Notes under the pieces: generated by a model
What the model saw: the letters and a program-made list of their open reading frames with translations, nothing else
Database searches by the model: none
What the model was told of the DNA's origin: nothing
Shown here: positions 40,785-50,549 of the stretch, one piece after another
How positions within the stretch are numbered: position 1 is the stretch's first letter
Layout of the letters: every line of letters starts with the position of its first letter
Assembly (NCBI GenBank): GCA_044222185.1
Contig: JBGANV010000006.1
Coordinates: 344,108-408,107, forward strand
Length of the DNA stretch: 64,000 nucleotides
Reading direction: 5' to 3'
Source: Planctomycetota bacterium
GTDB taxonomy: Bacteria > Planctomycetota > GCA-002687715 > CAIWVZ01
Position numbers and translations under genes: made by a program

Positions 40785-42461
40785 ATGGCGGACTACATCT
40801 ACTCGATGCGGAACCTGGTCAAGAAGTACGGGACCAAGGAAGTCATCCGCGGCGTCACCCTGGCGTTCTTCAAGGGCGCCAAGATCGGGGTCATCGGTCA
40901 CAACGGCAGCGGAAAATCCTCCCTCCTGAGGATCATGGCCGGCGTCGACAAGGAGTTCGACGGCGATGCGCGGCTCGCCGATTGGGCGACCGTCGGCTAC
41001 GTCCCGCAGGAACCGAGCCTGGACCCGAACAAGACGGTCGGGGAGAACGTCGAGGAGGCCGTCGCGCACCTGCGCGCCGTGCTCAAGCGCTACGACGAAC
41101 TCAACGAGAAGCTCGCCACGGACCTCACTCCGGCCGAGATGGAGAAGGTTCTCGAGCAGCAGGAGCGCACCCAGGCGGAAATCGAGACCCACGATCTCTG
41201 GGAGCTGGACAACCACATCGAACTCGCGATGCATGCCCTGCGGTGCCCGCCGAAGGATGCGGACGTCACCAAGATCTCCGGCGGCGAGCGACGCCGCGTG
41301 GCGCTGTGCCGCACGCTCATGGCTCAGCCCGATCTGCTCCTGCTCGACGAACCCACCAACCACCTGGATGCCGAGACGGTGTCCTGGCTCGAGCACCACC
41401 TGAAGGAGTACGCGGGCACCGTCGTCCTCGTGACGCACGACCGCTACTTCCTCGACAACGTGGCCGGTTGGATGCTCGAGATGGACCGCGGTCGCGGCAC
41501 GCCGTACGAGGGCAATTATTCGGCCTACCTGGAGAAGAAGCAGGCTCGCCTGGAGGTCGAAGAGAAATCGGAAGCTGCCCGTCAGAAGGTGCTGGCCCGC
41601 GAGTTGGAGTGGATCCGCCAATCGCCCCGTGCCCGCATCGCGAAGAACAAGGCCCGCATCGCGAACTACGAACGCATGGCGTCGCAGGAAGCCGAGTTCC
41701 GCGAGGACGCCATCGAGCTGTCGATCCCGTCCGGTGCGCGGCTCGGCGACCGCGTCATCACCTTCGACAAGGTGTCCATGTCGCTCGGCGGCAAGCCGCT
41801 GATCAAGGACCTGAGCTTCTCGCTGCCGCCCGGCGCCATCCTCGGAGTCATAGGCCCGAACGGGGCCGGCAAGACCACGTGCCTGAAGCTCATCACCGGC
41901 GTGCTCAAGCCCGAGAAGGGGCGCGTGGAGATCGGCGCGACCGTCGAGCTCTGCTACGTGGATCAGACGCGCGAGACGCTCGCGGACGACAACACGGTCT
42001 TCCAGGAGGTCACGGGCGGGCAGGATCAGCTTCAGTTCGGCAAGAAGCTCGTGAGCAGTCGCGCCTACGTGTCCCGGTTCAACTTCCGCGGGACCGATCA
42101 GCAGCAGAAGGTCGGGGACCTCTCGGGTGGGCAGCGCAACCGCGTGCAACTCGCCAAGCTCATCCGGCGTGGCGGGAACGTGCTCCTGCTCGACGAGCCC
42201 ACGAACGACCTGGACCTGCAGACGCTGCGTGTGCTCGAGGAAGCCCTGCAGGGTTTCGCCGGCTGCGCCGTCGTCGTCACGCACGATCGCTACTTCCTGA
42301 ACCGCATCTGCACGCACGTGCTCGCGTTCGACGGCGAGGGGAACGTCCGCTTCTTCGAGGGCGACTTCAGCACCTTCGAAGAGAAGCTCGAGAAGGAGCG
42401 CGAGGCGTCGGGCCAGGGCCCGGCGTCCCAGGCGGCGAAGTACCGCAAGTTCACGCGGTAG
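40785..42461 (+). CDS. ettA: Energy-dependent translational throttle ABC-F protein EttA
   Basis: 'GAKIGVIGHNGSGKSSLLRIMAG', 'ELEWIRQSPRARIAKNKARI', second ABC 'GPNGAGKT', 'LSGGQRNR'. Confidence 0.95.
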   Translation: MADYIYSMRNLVKKYGTKEVIRGVTLAFFKGAKIGVIGHNGSGKSSLLRIMAGVDKEFDGDARLADWATVGYVPQEPSLDPNKTVGENVEEAVAHLRAVLKRYDELNEKLATDLTPAEMEKVLEQQERTQAEIETHDLWELDNHIELAMHALRCPPKDADVTKISGGERRRVALCRTLMAQPDLLLLDEPTNHLDAETVSWLEHHLKEYAGTVVLVTHDRYFLDNVAGWMLEMDRGRGTPYEGNYSAYLEKKQARLEVEEKSEAARQKVLARELEWIRQSPRARIAKNKARIANYERMASQEAEFREDAIELSIPSGARLGDRVITFDKVSMSLGGKPLIKDLSFSLPPGAILGVIGPNGAGKTTCLKLITGVLKPEKGRVEIGATVELCYVDQTRETLADDNTVFQEVTGGQDQLQFGKKLVSSRAYVSRFNFRGTDQQQKVGDLSGGQRNRVQLAKLIRRGGNVLLLDEPTNDLDLQTLRVLEEALQGFAGCAVVVTHDRYFLNRICTHVLAFDGEGNVRFFEGDFSTFEEKLEKEREASGQGPASQAAKYRKFTR

Positions 42462-42499
42462 GCTGATCAGAACCGGAGCGTATCGGCACCGCGCCGTTT

Positions 42500-42978
42500 C
42501 GGAGCGCCAAGCGCCGCTTGGCCGGACCGGGCAGGCTCCAGCCTGCCCGCGATTCCGCCGCGTGTTCCCATCCCGCGAGCAACCGTGCCGATCGGCGATC
42601 GTGTGCGGCCCGGCCAGACGCGAGATTGCAATCTCGGTGCGGTTGGCGGTTCGCTTCGAACGGGATCCGGCGGCGGGTTCAGCGGCGGGCCGGAGCCCGG
42701 CGTTCCGGAGCGCCAAGCTCCGCTTGGCCGGACCGGGCAGGCTCCAGCCTGCCCGAGAGCACGCCGCGTGTTCCCATCCCGCGAGCAACCGTGCCGATCG
42801 GCGATCGTGTGCGGCCCGGCCGGACGCGAGATTGCAATCTCGGTGCGGTTGGCGGTTCGCTCCGAACGGGATCCGGCGGCGAGTTCAGCGGCGGGCCGGA
42901 GCCCGGCGTTCCGGAGCGCCAAGCTCCGCTTGGCCGGACCGGGCAGGCTCCAGCCTGCCCGCGATTCCGCCGCGTGTT
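42500..42978. repeat. REP-like tandem array 3: ~2.3 x 206 bp
   Basis: Units start at 42500, 42706 and 42912; head CGGAGC-GCCAAGCTCCGCTTGGC-CGGACC-GGGCAGGCTCCAGCCTGCCC; internal palindrome CGAGATTGCAATCTCG. Confidence 0.93.
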
Positions 42979-43057
42979 CGAGTCCCCGCCCTCGACCGGC
43001 GAGATCCGCGGCACGCCGGCGCCGACCGAGTATCGTCTGACCTCACGACGCGGCGCC

Positions 43058-43864
43058 ATGGCGATCATCGACTACTACGCGGTCCTCGGTGTGCCGTCCT
43101 ACGCGACGTCGGGGCAGATTCGTCGGGCCTACCGGGCGCTGGCGTTCCGGTGGCATCCGGACCGCAACGCCGGGCGCGAAGCCGAGGCTCACGACCGGTT
43201 CGTAGCGGTTCAGCAGGCCTTCGACGTGCTCAGCGACTCGCGACGTCGGTTCGAATACGACGAGCAGGTGCGGCGGCAGGGCGTGCGCCCGGCTCCGAGG
43301 CCGGCTCGATCGTCGGGATTCGGACACGAGCGCCCGCGCCCCGAACGACCGCGAAACCGGCGTCCCGCTGGAGCAGCTCCGAAGGCCGCGCCGCCGCCTC
43401 GCAAGCCCTTGACGGTGCGAACGCTCGTCAGTCGCATCGCCTGGGTGCCGCTCTCGTTCGTGCTTCGTTCGATCGGAGTTCTCTTCCTGCTGGTGATCGG
43501 CAACCCGGGAAATCGCGCCCCGGATCGGTGGGAGGAGTTTCGAGCCCGCCACGCAGGCGCCGTCGGGTTGCTGCGCGTCGCGCAATTCGCATCCGCGGTG
43601 ATCTTCGTGACCGCGTTCCTGTTCGTGCGGCTGAGTCTGCCGAGTCGGCCGCTCCCCCCGCCCGATCCTTCGGGTTGGCCGACGCCTCGTTACCGCCACG
43701 GGCGGGGATGGAGGCTCGATGAGGTTCTCGAGTCGTCATCGGACTGGCGTGAGGTTGCCGTGGTCGCTGGGGCCGTCTTCATCGCCGCCCTGGTGATCGA
43801 TCGCCTGATCTATGCGTACTTCTGGGCGACGGATGCCGAGTCCCGCCGGCACCGGACTGAGTAG
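43058..43864 (+). CDS. J-domain (DnaJ-like) membrane protein
   Basis: 'DYYAVLGV...RRAYRALAFRWHPDRN...FDVLSD...YD' with HPD motif; C-terminal TM helices. Confidence 0.85.
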   Translation: MAIIDYYAVLGVPSYATSGQIRRAYRALAFRWHPDRNAGREAEAHDRFVAVQQAFDVLSDSRRRFEYDEQVRRQGVRPAPRPARSSGFGHERPRPERPRNRRPAGAAPKAAPPPRKPLTVRTLVSRIAWVPLSFVLRSIGVLFLLVIGNPGNRAPDRWEEFRARHAGAVGLLRVAQFASAVIFVTAFLFVRLSLPSRPLPPPDPSGWPTPRYRHGRGWRLDEVLESSSDWREVAVVAGAVFIAALVIDRLIYAYFWATDAESRRHRTE

Positions 43865-43968
43865 GGTCGCCCAGGGAATTCAGGCGGGGAGCCGGTCGGT
43901 GGAGCGGATTCGAAACCGGCCTCGGCCGCCCGTCTTGACCTCTTGACGCCTCTGATACCATCGCCGCC

Positions 43969-44679
43969 ATGCGACAGGTCGGGTACTTCTACAGCCGCGT
44001 CTTGGGGATCGACATCGACTTCGCCTGGTTCGGGAACAGGGGCCGGCCCCTCATCATGTTCCCCACGTCGGGCGGCAATCACCTCGAGAACGAAGACCGC
44101 GGCCTCGTCCGCGCGGTCACGCCTGCGATCGACAGCGGTCGGCTGCAGGTGATCTGCATCAACAGCATCAACAACGACTCCTGGGCCCGCAAGGATCTGA
44201 CACCCGGCGAGCGCGTGCGTCGCCACGACGTCTACGACCGCTTCCTCTCCGAGGAGCTGGTGCCGTGGCTGACGACCCACGCGCACAGTTCGGAGCTGAT
44301 GGTGTACGGCGCGTCCATGGGCGGCTACCACGCCGTGAACTTCGGCGCGCGCCATCCCGATCAGGTCAAGAAGGTGATCGCCTTCTCCGGGCTCTTCGAC
44401 GTCAACAAGGTCCTCAACGCCAACGGCTACTGGGACGACCTCTGCTACTTCCACTCTCCCGTCGCCTTCGTCCCCAACATGGACGCGTCGTGGTGCGACC
44501 GCATGCGCAAGGTCGAATGGGTGATCGCGACCGGCGAGCACGACAGCCTGGTCGAGGAGACGCGCCGCTTCTCGGCGATCCTTCGCTCCAAGGGCATTCC
44601 AGTGACGGAGGAGGTCTGGCCGGGCGTCTTCGGCCACGACTGGCCCTACTGGCAGGAACACCTGCCCCGGTTCGTCTGA
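43969..44679 (+). CDS. Putative esterase (alpha/beta hydrolase)
   Basis: 'FPTSGG', 'GASMGGYHA', 'GHDWPYW'. Confidence 0.88.
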   Translation: MRQVGYFYSRVLGIDIDFAWFGNRGRPLIMFPTSGGNHLENEDRGLVRAVTPAIDSGRLQVICINSINNDSWARKDLTPGERVRRHDVYDRFLSEELVPWLTTHAHSSELMVYGASMGGYHAVNFGARHPDQVKKVIAFSGLFDVNKVLNANGYWDDLCYFHSPVAFVPNMDASWCDRMRKVEWVIATGEHDSLVEETRRFSAILRSKGIPVTEEVWPGVFGHDWPYWQEHLPRFV

Positions 44680-44693
44680 AGCAGGAGTAGGGC

Positions 44694-45296
44694 TCAGGGG
44701 TAGAGCAACGTGTGACGCCATCCGTCCGGGGTGCGCGTCCACTCGTGCCGGTCATGCAGGCGGTGGGGCCGCGAGTACCACACTTCGATCCGCCTCGGGG
44801 TGACCCGGAACCCCGACCATCGCGGCGGGCGCGGGACGTCCCCTCCGGCGAACTTCAGCTGGAAGGCGAGGAAGCGCCTGAGGAGGCGGAACCGGCTCGA
44901 CAGCGGCTGGCTCTGCTCGCTGGCCCACGCCCCGACCTGGCTCTCCCTGGCGCGCGACGCGAAGTAGGCGTCAGATTCGGCAGCCGACGTCGGCGCAACG
45001 GTGCCTTCCACGCGAGCCTGCACCTGGATGTGGGCCCAATGCCAGCAGAGGGCGACTTCGGGCCTGGCGAGCAGGTCCCGGCCCTTTCTGCTGTCGCCGT
45101 TCGTGTAGAAGACGAACCCCGCGTCCGTTGCCTCCCTGACGAGGACGACGCGGGCCGCCGGCCGCCCCGTGTCGTCGACGGTGGCGAGAACGGCTGCGTC
45201 GCACCGCGTTTCGTCGACTCCGGCGCGCGCTTCCGCCCAGAGCTTTCGAAAAACGGCGATGGGATCCGATGGGCCGAGCATCGAGGAATGTCGCAC
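44694..45296 (-). CDS. pdxH: Pyridoxamine 5'-phosphate oxidase
   Basis: 'LATVD...PAARVVL', 'FYTNGDSRKG', 'YFASRARESQVGAWASEQS', 'RLHDR'; start may be ATG 45281. Confidence 0.92.
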   Translation of the reverse strand: MRHSSMLGPSDPIAVFRKLWAEARAGVDETRCDAAVLATVDDTGRPAARVVLVREATDAGFVFYTNGDSRKGRDLLARPEVALCWHWAHIQVQARVEGTVAPTSAAESDAYFASRARESQVGAWASEQSQPLSSRFRLLRRFLAFQLKFAGGDVPRPPRWSGFRVTPRRIEVWYSRPHRLHDRHEWTRTPDGWRHTLLYP

Positions 45297-45422
45297 TCGG
45301 TGCGCATTGCCTCAACGCGACGGCTTGACGAGTTGCCGGTTGCGCTCACAATGCACGCCGTTGCGCGGGCGGACCTGTCGTGTCTCCTATTGCCCGTGCT
45401 CTGTCCAAGAGGAGGTCTGAAC

Positions 45423-46142
45423 GTGCGCGTGTGCGTGATCGGGGAGCCCGACTCCGAGGATCCGGGACTCGCGATGGTCGAACCGGCGCTGGCTGCGGCC
45501 GCGTCACCCACCGACAAACTGGAAGTCGTCTGGATCAGCCCCGCCACGCTCAGCGAGGAAGGCGTCCTGGACCATCTGGGAGACGCCGACGCGATCTTCG
45601 GCCCACCGGGGCCGACGGACGCTCCCGACGGCTACGTGGACGCCATCGAATTCGCCCGCGAAGGCCAGCTGCCGTACTTCGGCTGCGAACTCGGCATGGA
45701 CCTCGCCATCGTGGAATTCGCCAGGCGCGTCCTCACGCTGCCGGGCGCGCACAGCATCGAGTTCGACGATACGCCCCGCGACACGGTCGTCGTCGAGTTG
45801 ACGCCGCCCGAGCTCGTGCGCGGGCGCCCCGCCGAGATCTTCGGGGACCTCGTCGTCAAGTACGTGAAGGATGCGCGGATGCGTGGCTGGATCGGCGCCG
45901 ACACCAGTCGCGAGGTCCACCGTGCGCGCTACACGATCTCGCAGAAGCACAAGAACCCCGTCGCTCGCGCCGGGTTCAAGTTCGCCGCCACGGACGAGAC
46001 TCAACTCGTCGTGCGTGCCCTCGAGTTGACGGGCCACCCGTTCTTCGTCGTGACGTCGTTTGCGCCGCACTTGAGGGCGCCGGATCTGGGGCCGCATCCG
46101 ATCCTGAAGGCGTTCGTCGACGCGGCGGGCGGCAGGCTGTGA
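45423..46142 (+). CDS. Stand-alone CTP synthase glutaminase (GATase)-like protein, catalytically degenerate
   Basis: 'AIEFAREGQLPYFGCELGMDLAIVEFARRVL...AHSIEFD', 'EVHRARY', 'ELTGHPFFV'; GGAGG RBS before GTG 45423. Confidence 0.8.
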   Translation: MRVCVIGEPDSEDPGLAMVEPALAAAASPTDKLEVVWISPATLSEEGVLDHLGDADAIFGPPGPTDAPDGYVDAIEFAREGQLPYFGCELGMDLAIVEFARRVLTLPGAHSIEFDDTPRDTVVVELTPPELVRGRPAEIFGDLVVKYVKDARMRGWIGADTSREVHRARYTISQKHKNPVARAGFKFAATDETQLVVRALELTGHPFFVVTSFAPHLRAPDLGPHPILKAFVDAAGGRL

Positions 46143-48580
46143 ATCACCGCTCGGCGCGCCACTGGTGCGCCGCGACGGTGATCTGGGCTGCGTGCGCCGC
46201 GTTCGGCCAGGAGAGCGGGCCGGCGTCGCGGACGGCGACGGTGTCGGCCGAGTCGCTCCCGACGACGCGCCCGACCGACGCGATCGCCATCGAAGACGCG
46301 CTCCGACGGCGGCTCGCTCAGCCGATGTCGACGCTCGACCTGGACCTCGTGATGTTTGGTCCCGAGTTCTTCGGGGAACATCCCGTGGTGCAGAGGTGGA
46401 CGGACGATTCTCGATCCGTGCTCTTCACCTGGCGCGAGCCGACGCGACGCGACAAGGCGACTTACTCCGCCGATGCGACGTTGGGGACGTTCACTCGGCT
46501 GGCACCCTCCGATCCCGGACCACGCTCGGGCGTTCGATCGCCGGACGGCTTGCGCCGCCTCGTCGTGAAGAAGAATGCTCTCGTGATCGAGGACGTCGAC
46601 GGCGCACACCCGACGACGCTCGTGCGCCTGTCGCGGCCGCCGTCGAGGCCGTCCTTCGATGCGAAGGGCGATGGCGCCTACTTTGAAGTCGACAACACGC
46701 TCGTTCACGTGTCGTTCACGAAGCCCGAGGTGCGCGCGTTGCTGACCTGGAGCGACGGCGAGCGGCCAGCCGAGAAGGTCTCCACCGAGTCGGCGCCCGC
46801 CGACCGCGCCAAACGGCTCGCCGAGCAGATGGAAAAGGAGCAAGTCGGGCTCTTTCGGCGCCTGTTCGAACGAGAGGAGGCGAAGAGAGCCGAGACGCGA
46901 CCCGATTCCCGACCGGACGACGAGGAACCGGCCCGATACGTCGCACCACCGGGTTTCTCGGTCGAGGACGTGCAGCCCTCGCCGTCCGGCGAGTTCGCCG
47001 TCATCAGGATCTCCAAGGGCCCGCGCCGCGGTGGACGTTCCGAACAGATGCCCGACTACGTGACCAAGAGCGGCTACACCGAGCCTCGCGCCGTGCGGGC
47101 GAAGGCCGGCGACGCGGAAGCCGACAGTCGGCTCGTGATCGTGCGGGCCGAGTCGGGGAAGGGCGTCGACGTCGCCGACCCCGAATGCGGCTCACCCACT
47201 CGCGTGTCGCGCACCGCCTGGTCACGCGACGGCGCATGGCTCGTCGGGCAAGCGCAAAGCCGCGATCGATCCCACGCGTTTCTCGTTCGGATCGAACCGG
47301 CGACCGGCGCAATCACAACGCTGCATCGCCACGACGACCCCGCATGGGTGCTGGGGCAGGATTCGTGGGGCGGGTTCGTCGGAGGGACGGAGACGTTCTG
47401 GTTCCTCAGCGAGACGAATGGCTGGCTGAACCTCTTCCTCGTCGACGTCCGCTCGGGAACCAAGCGCGCGCTGGACCCCGGAGCGTACGAGGTCTCCGAC
47501 GTGGAAGTGGCGCCGGATGGGGAGTCGCTGATTGCCACGGCGTCCGTGAACTCTCCGGCGTCGCGAGAGATCGTCCGCTTCGACGTTCGGACCGGGCGTC
47601 GCGAAGTCCTGACACGGGATGGCGGCCTGAGGACCGTCGACCTCTCACCGAACGGCGCGTTCGTCGCCGAGGTGTGGTCGAAGCCCAATCGGCCGCCCGA
47701 GCTGCGCATTCGAGAGATCACTCCGTCGGGCGTCGCGTCTCCGCGCACGGTCACGAGGTCGCCGTCGGTGGCCTTCGAGAGCTGGCCGTTCATCGAGCCG
47801 CCGATCGAGCGGATTCCCACCGATGGGGGAGTCGAGATCCCCGCACGCGTCTTCCGGCCGAAGGCAGGGAGCGCGAGCAAGGCGGGCGTCGTGTTCGTTC
47901 ACGGGGCCGGCTACCTGCAGAACGTCCACGACGGGTGGAGTCATTACGAGCGCGAGTACGCCTTCCACCAGCACCTTGCCGGGCGCGGCTACACCGTCGT
48001 CGACATCGACTATCGCGGTTCAGCTGGTTATGGCCGAGCGTTTCGGGCTGCCGTCAAGGGTGGCGTCGGCGAGGTGGACACTCGGGACTGCGTGGCTGCG
48101 GCCGCGTGGCTCGTGGAGCATGAAGGCTGCGAGCGCGAGCGGATCGGGCTCTATGGCGGATCCTACGGTGGGTTCCTCACGCTGATGGCGCTCTTCCGTC
48201 ACCCGGGCGTGTTCCACGCGGGTGCCGCGCTGCGTCCCGTCACGGACTGGGCTCACTATCACGAAGGCTACACGTCGAACCTCCTCGACGACCCGCTCGA
48301 CCAGGAAGCGACCTATCGCCGTGCCAGTCCGATCTCGTGGGCGGGAGGTTTGCAGGACCATCTCCTCATCTGCCACGGCCTCGTGGACGACAACGTCTTC
48401 GCCCAGGACTCGATCCGCCTCGTGCAGCGGCTGATCGAACTCCGCAAGAAGAACTTCGAGTTGGCGCTCTATCCGACGGAGTCCCACGGCTTCACCGACG
48501 CCGCGTCGTGGACCGACGAATACCGCCGCATCGAATCCCTGTTCGATCGCACGCTGCTGGGCTCCGCCCCCGTCCGATGA
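46139..48580 (+). CDS. S9 prolyl oligopeptidase / DPP IV-like peptidase
   Basis: 'HGAGYLQN', 'DYRGSAGYG', 'GGSYGG', 'HGLVDDNV', 'ESHGF'; GTG overlaps the upstream TGA. Confidence 0.92.
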   Translation: MNHRSARHWCAATVIWAACAAFGQESGPASRTATVSAESLPTTRPTDAIAIEDALRRRLAQPMSTLDLDLVMFGPEFFGEHPVVQRWTDDSRSVLFTWREPTRRDKATYSADATLGTFTRLAPSDPGPRSGVRSPDGLRRLVVKKNALVIEDVDGAHPTTLVRLSRPPSRPSFDAKGDGAYFEVDNTLVHVSFTKPEVRALLTWSDGERPAEKVSTESAPADRAKRLAEQMEKEQVGLFRRLFEREEAKRAETRPDSRPDDEEPARYVAPPGFSVEDVQPSPSGEFAVIRISKGPRRGGRSEQMPDYVTKSGYTEPRAVRAKAGDAEADSRLVIVRAESGKGVDVADPECGSPTRVSRTAWSRDGAWLVGQAQSRDRSHAFLVRIEPATGAITTLHRHDDPAWVLGQDSWGGFVGGTETFWFLSETNGWLNLFLVDVRSGTKRALDPGAYEVSDVEVAPDGESLIATASVNSPASREIVRFDVRTGRREVLTRDGGLRTVDLSPNGAFVAEVWSKPNRPPELRIREITPSGVASPRTVTRSPSVAFESWPFIEPPIERIPTDGGVEIPARVFRPKAGSASKAGVVFVHGAGYLQNVHDGWSHYEREYAFHQHLAGRGYTVVDIDYRGSAGYGRAFRAAVKGGVGEVDTRDCVAAAAWLVEHEGCERERIGLYGGSYGGFLTLMALFRHPGVFHAGAALRPVTDWAHYHEGYTSNLLDDPLDQEATYRRASPISWAGGLQDHLLICHGLVDDNVFAQDSIRLVQRLIELRKKNFELALYPTESHGFTDAASWTDEYRRIESLFDRTLLGSAPVR

Positions 48581-48582
48581 AC

Positions 48583-49032
48583 CGAAGCGCCGCGCTCCGC
48601 GCGGCCGGAAGGCAGGGCTCCCGCCCTGCCCGAAGCCCCACCGCCCATCCCTCACCGTCCGGCGGATGCGTGTTGCCGAGCCCCGCCCCTCGCAACCCAG
48701 CCACCGTGATCCCCGTACCGCTCGCCGTCGGATCGACCGCGCCGATCGGTGCAGCGTCGAGCGAACCGGAGCGCCGCGCTGCGCGCGGCCGGAAGGCAGG
48801 GCTCCCGCCCTGCCCGAAGCCCCACCGCCCATCCCTCACCGTCCGGCGGATGCGTGTTGCCGAGCCCCGCCCCTCGCAGCCCAGGCCACCGTGATCCCCG
48901 TGCCGCTCGCCGTCGGATCGACCGCGCCGATTGGCGCAGCGTCGAGCGAACCGGAGCGCCGCGCTTCGCGCGGCCGGAAGGCAGGGCTCCCGCCCTGCCA
49001 GAAGCCCCACCGCCCATCCCTCACCGTCCGGC
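48583..49032. repeat. REP-like tandem array 4: ~2.4 x 184-185 bp
   Basis: Units start at 48583, 48767 and 48952; head CGGAGC-GCCGCGCTNCGCGCGGC-CGGAA-GGCAGGGCTCCCGCCCTGCC; between convergent genes. Confidence 0.93.
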
Positions 49033-49103
49033 CGATCCCGGGCACCCGACGCGTTGCCGCAAACCGCGCCCGATCGAGCGGCGAGCCGCGTGGCGCGCGG
49101 CGA

Positions 49104-50549
49104 CTACTTCAGCTCCCTCGCCCAGCGCTTGATGCGGGCCTCGAGCCCGTCGACGTTCACGCCGTAGGCGTCGTAGGCTGCCTTGTCCGACGGCGTCGGC
49201 CGGCAGAGCGCCCGGATGAACCGCGGTGAGTCGTCGGGACTACCTTCGATGAAATAGGCGGCCAGGAGGTACGAGTAGAGCATCTCTTCCGGCGTCAGGT
49301 CGTTCAGGTCGTGCGCGAGCATGGCCTTCAGCGGCGGGTGATCGGGCTTGGCGAGAAGGGCCTTCGCCTCCGCCATCCAGTCCGTCTCGTTCTTGTGCAG
49401 CTTGTCCTGCAGGACGTCCTTGCCCGAGACCGCGTACTTGCGTGGCCCGATGTACCACGTGAGCTTCGTTCCGATGAGCTGGTAGGTGAGGTAGAGACCC
49501 AGGCCTTCGTGAAGTGCGCCCTGCTGGGACCCGATGCCGAACGCGCGCTCGAGCAGCACGCCGAAAGCTCGGCGGACCGACTGATCGAGCCGCTCGGGCG
49601 GCTGCGGTCCCCAGCAGGCGAACCGCGAACCGCCGGGCAGCGTGAATCCGCCGAGGCCCTTGCCGGCCGTCCGCTCTGCCGCCGGTATGCCCGGATACTT
49701 GGCGAGGAGCGTGTCGCGGGCGAGCGTGTCCGTCAATGCGTAGATCGTGAAGCTGTCCGGGAGGACGACCTTCTCGTCGAAGAGCTTGGCGAAGAACTCG
49801 GCGGCGGCTTCGCACGCATGCGCGATGCGCGGCGCCTCCTTCGCGTCACCCGTGCACAGGCAGCGGGCGGATTTCGTCGCGGCGCGTGACGGCCAACCGA
49901 TCCCCAGGCTCGACTCGACTTCCTCGGGCGTCAGTCCACCGGCCGCCGGCACTGCCGCCAACGCGGCCTTCGCGAGTTTCGTGACGAGGCCGCGACGAAT
50001 GACCGCGTTCGCCGTCTCGCTGAGTACCCACTTGTTGGCGACGTTCGTCTCACCGCCAGCCGCGCGGGCCCGCGGGTCTTCGCGGTCGACGGCGGCCATG
50101 TCCGATGCGATCCGGTTCTTCAGGTCGCCATCGATCATGCCGCGCTCGTCCTTGAGCAGCTGGTCCATGGCGCCCAGGAATGCATCGTTGGCCTTTTGCC
50201 GGCGCTCCCCGAACTCCTTCATCCCGTCCGTCGCCAGGTTGCCTGACTCCTTGGGATTGGCGGACTTGGTCCAGGCACCGTTCTTCTTCTCGAAACCGAG
50301 CGCCTTTCGTGCGGGCGCATTCTCCGGGTCCAGGACCAGGATCAGTTCGTCCGTCCGGTTGCGCTCGCGAAAGAGCTTCTGCTTGTCGGCCCACTCGGCG
50401 AGCTTCTCGAGTTCAGCGACGAAGGACTTCGTGGCCTTCGTCTGCTTCTCGGTGATCTCCTTCTGGGCGAGGGCCGGGCCGCCGGTGAGGGCAAGGACGG
50501 CCGTGAGGACGAGGATGGCGCGCGCGCACGCCGCAGCGGTTCGCCTCAT
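49104..50549 (-). CDS. Exported hypothetical protein (possible degenerate DUF1570/peptidase MA-like domain)
   Basis: Signal peptide ending 'ALA'; 'DPENAPARKALGF...W' module; 'LHEGLGLYL'; ATG overlaps the topB stop. Confidence 0.65.
   Translation of the reverse strand: MRRTAAACARAILVLTAVLALTGGPALAQKEITEKQTKATKSFVAELEKLAEWADKQKLFRERNRTDELILVLDPENAPARKALGFEKKNGAWTKSANPKESGNLATDGMKEFGERRQKANDAFLGAMDQLLKDERGMIDGDLKNRIASDMAAVDREDPRARAAGGETNVANKWVLSETANAVIRRGLVTKLAKAALAAVPAAGGLTPEEVESSLGIGWPSRAATKSARCLCTGDAKEAPRIAHACEAAAEFFAKLFDEKVVLPDSFTIYALTDTLARDTLLAKYPGIPAAERTAGKGLGGFTLPGGSRFACWGPQPPERLDQSVRRAFGVLLERAFGIGSQQGALHEGLGLYLTYQLIGTKLTWYIGPRKYAVSGKDVLQDKLHKNETDWMAEAKALLAKPDHPPLKAMLAHDLNDLTPEEMLYSYLLAAYFIEGSPDDSPRFIRALCRPTPSDKAAYDAYGVNVDGLEARIKRWARELK

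Noticed and set aside
42518-43057. N-terminal repeat extension of the J-domain protein (448-aa ORF)
   Set aside because: The extension runs through repeat array 3; the J domain begins immediately at ATG 43058.
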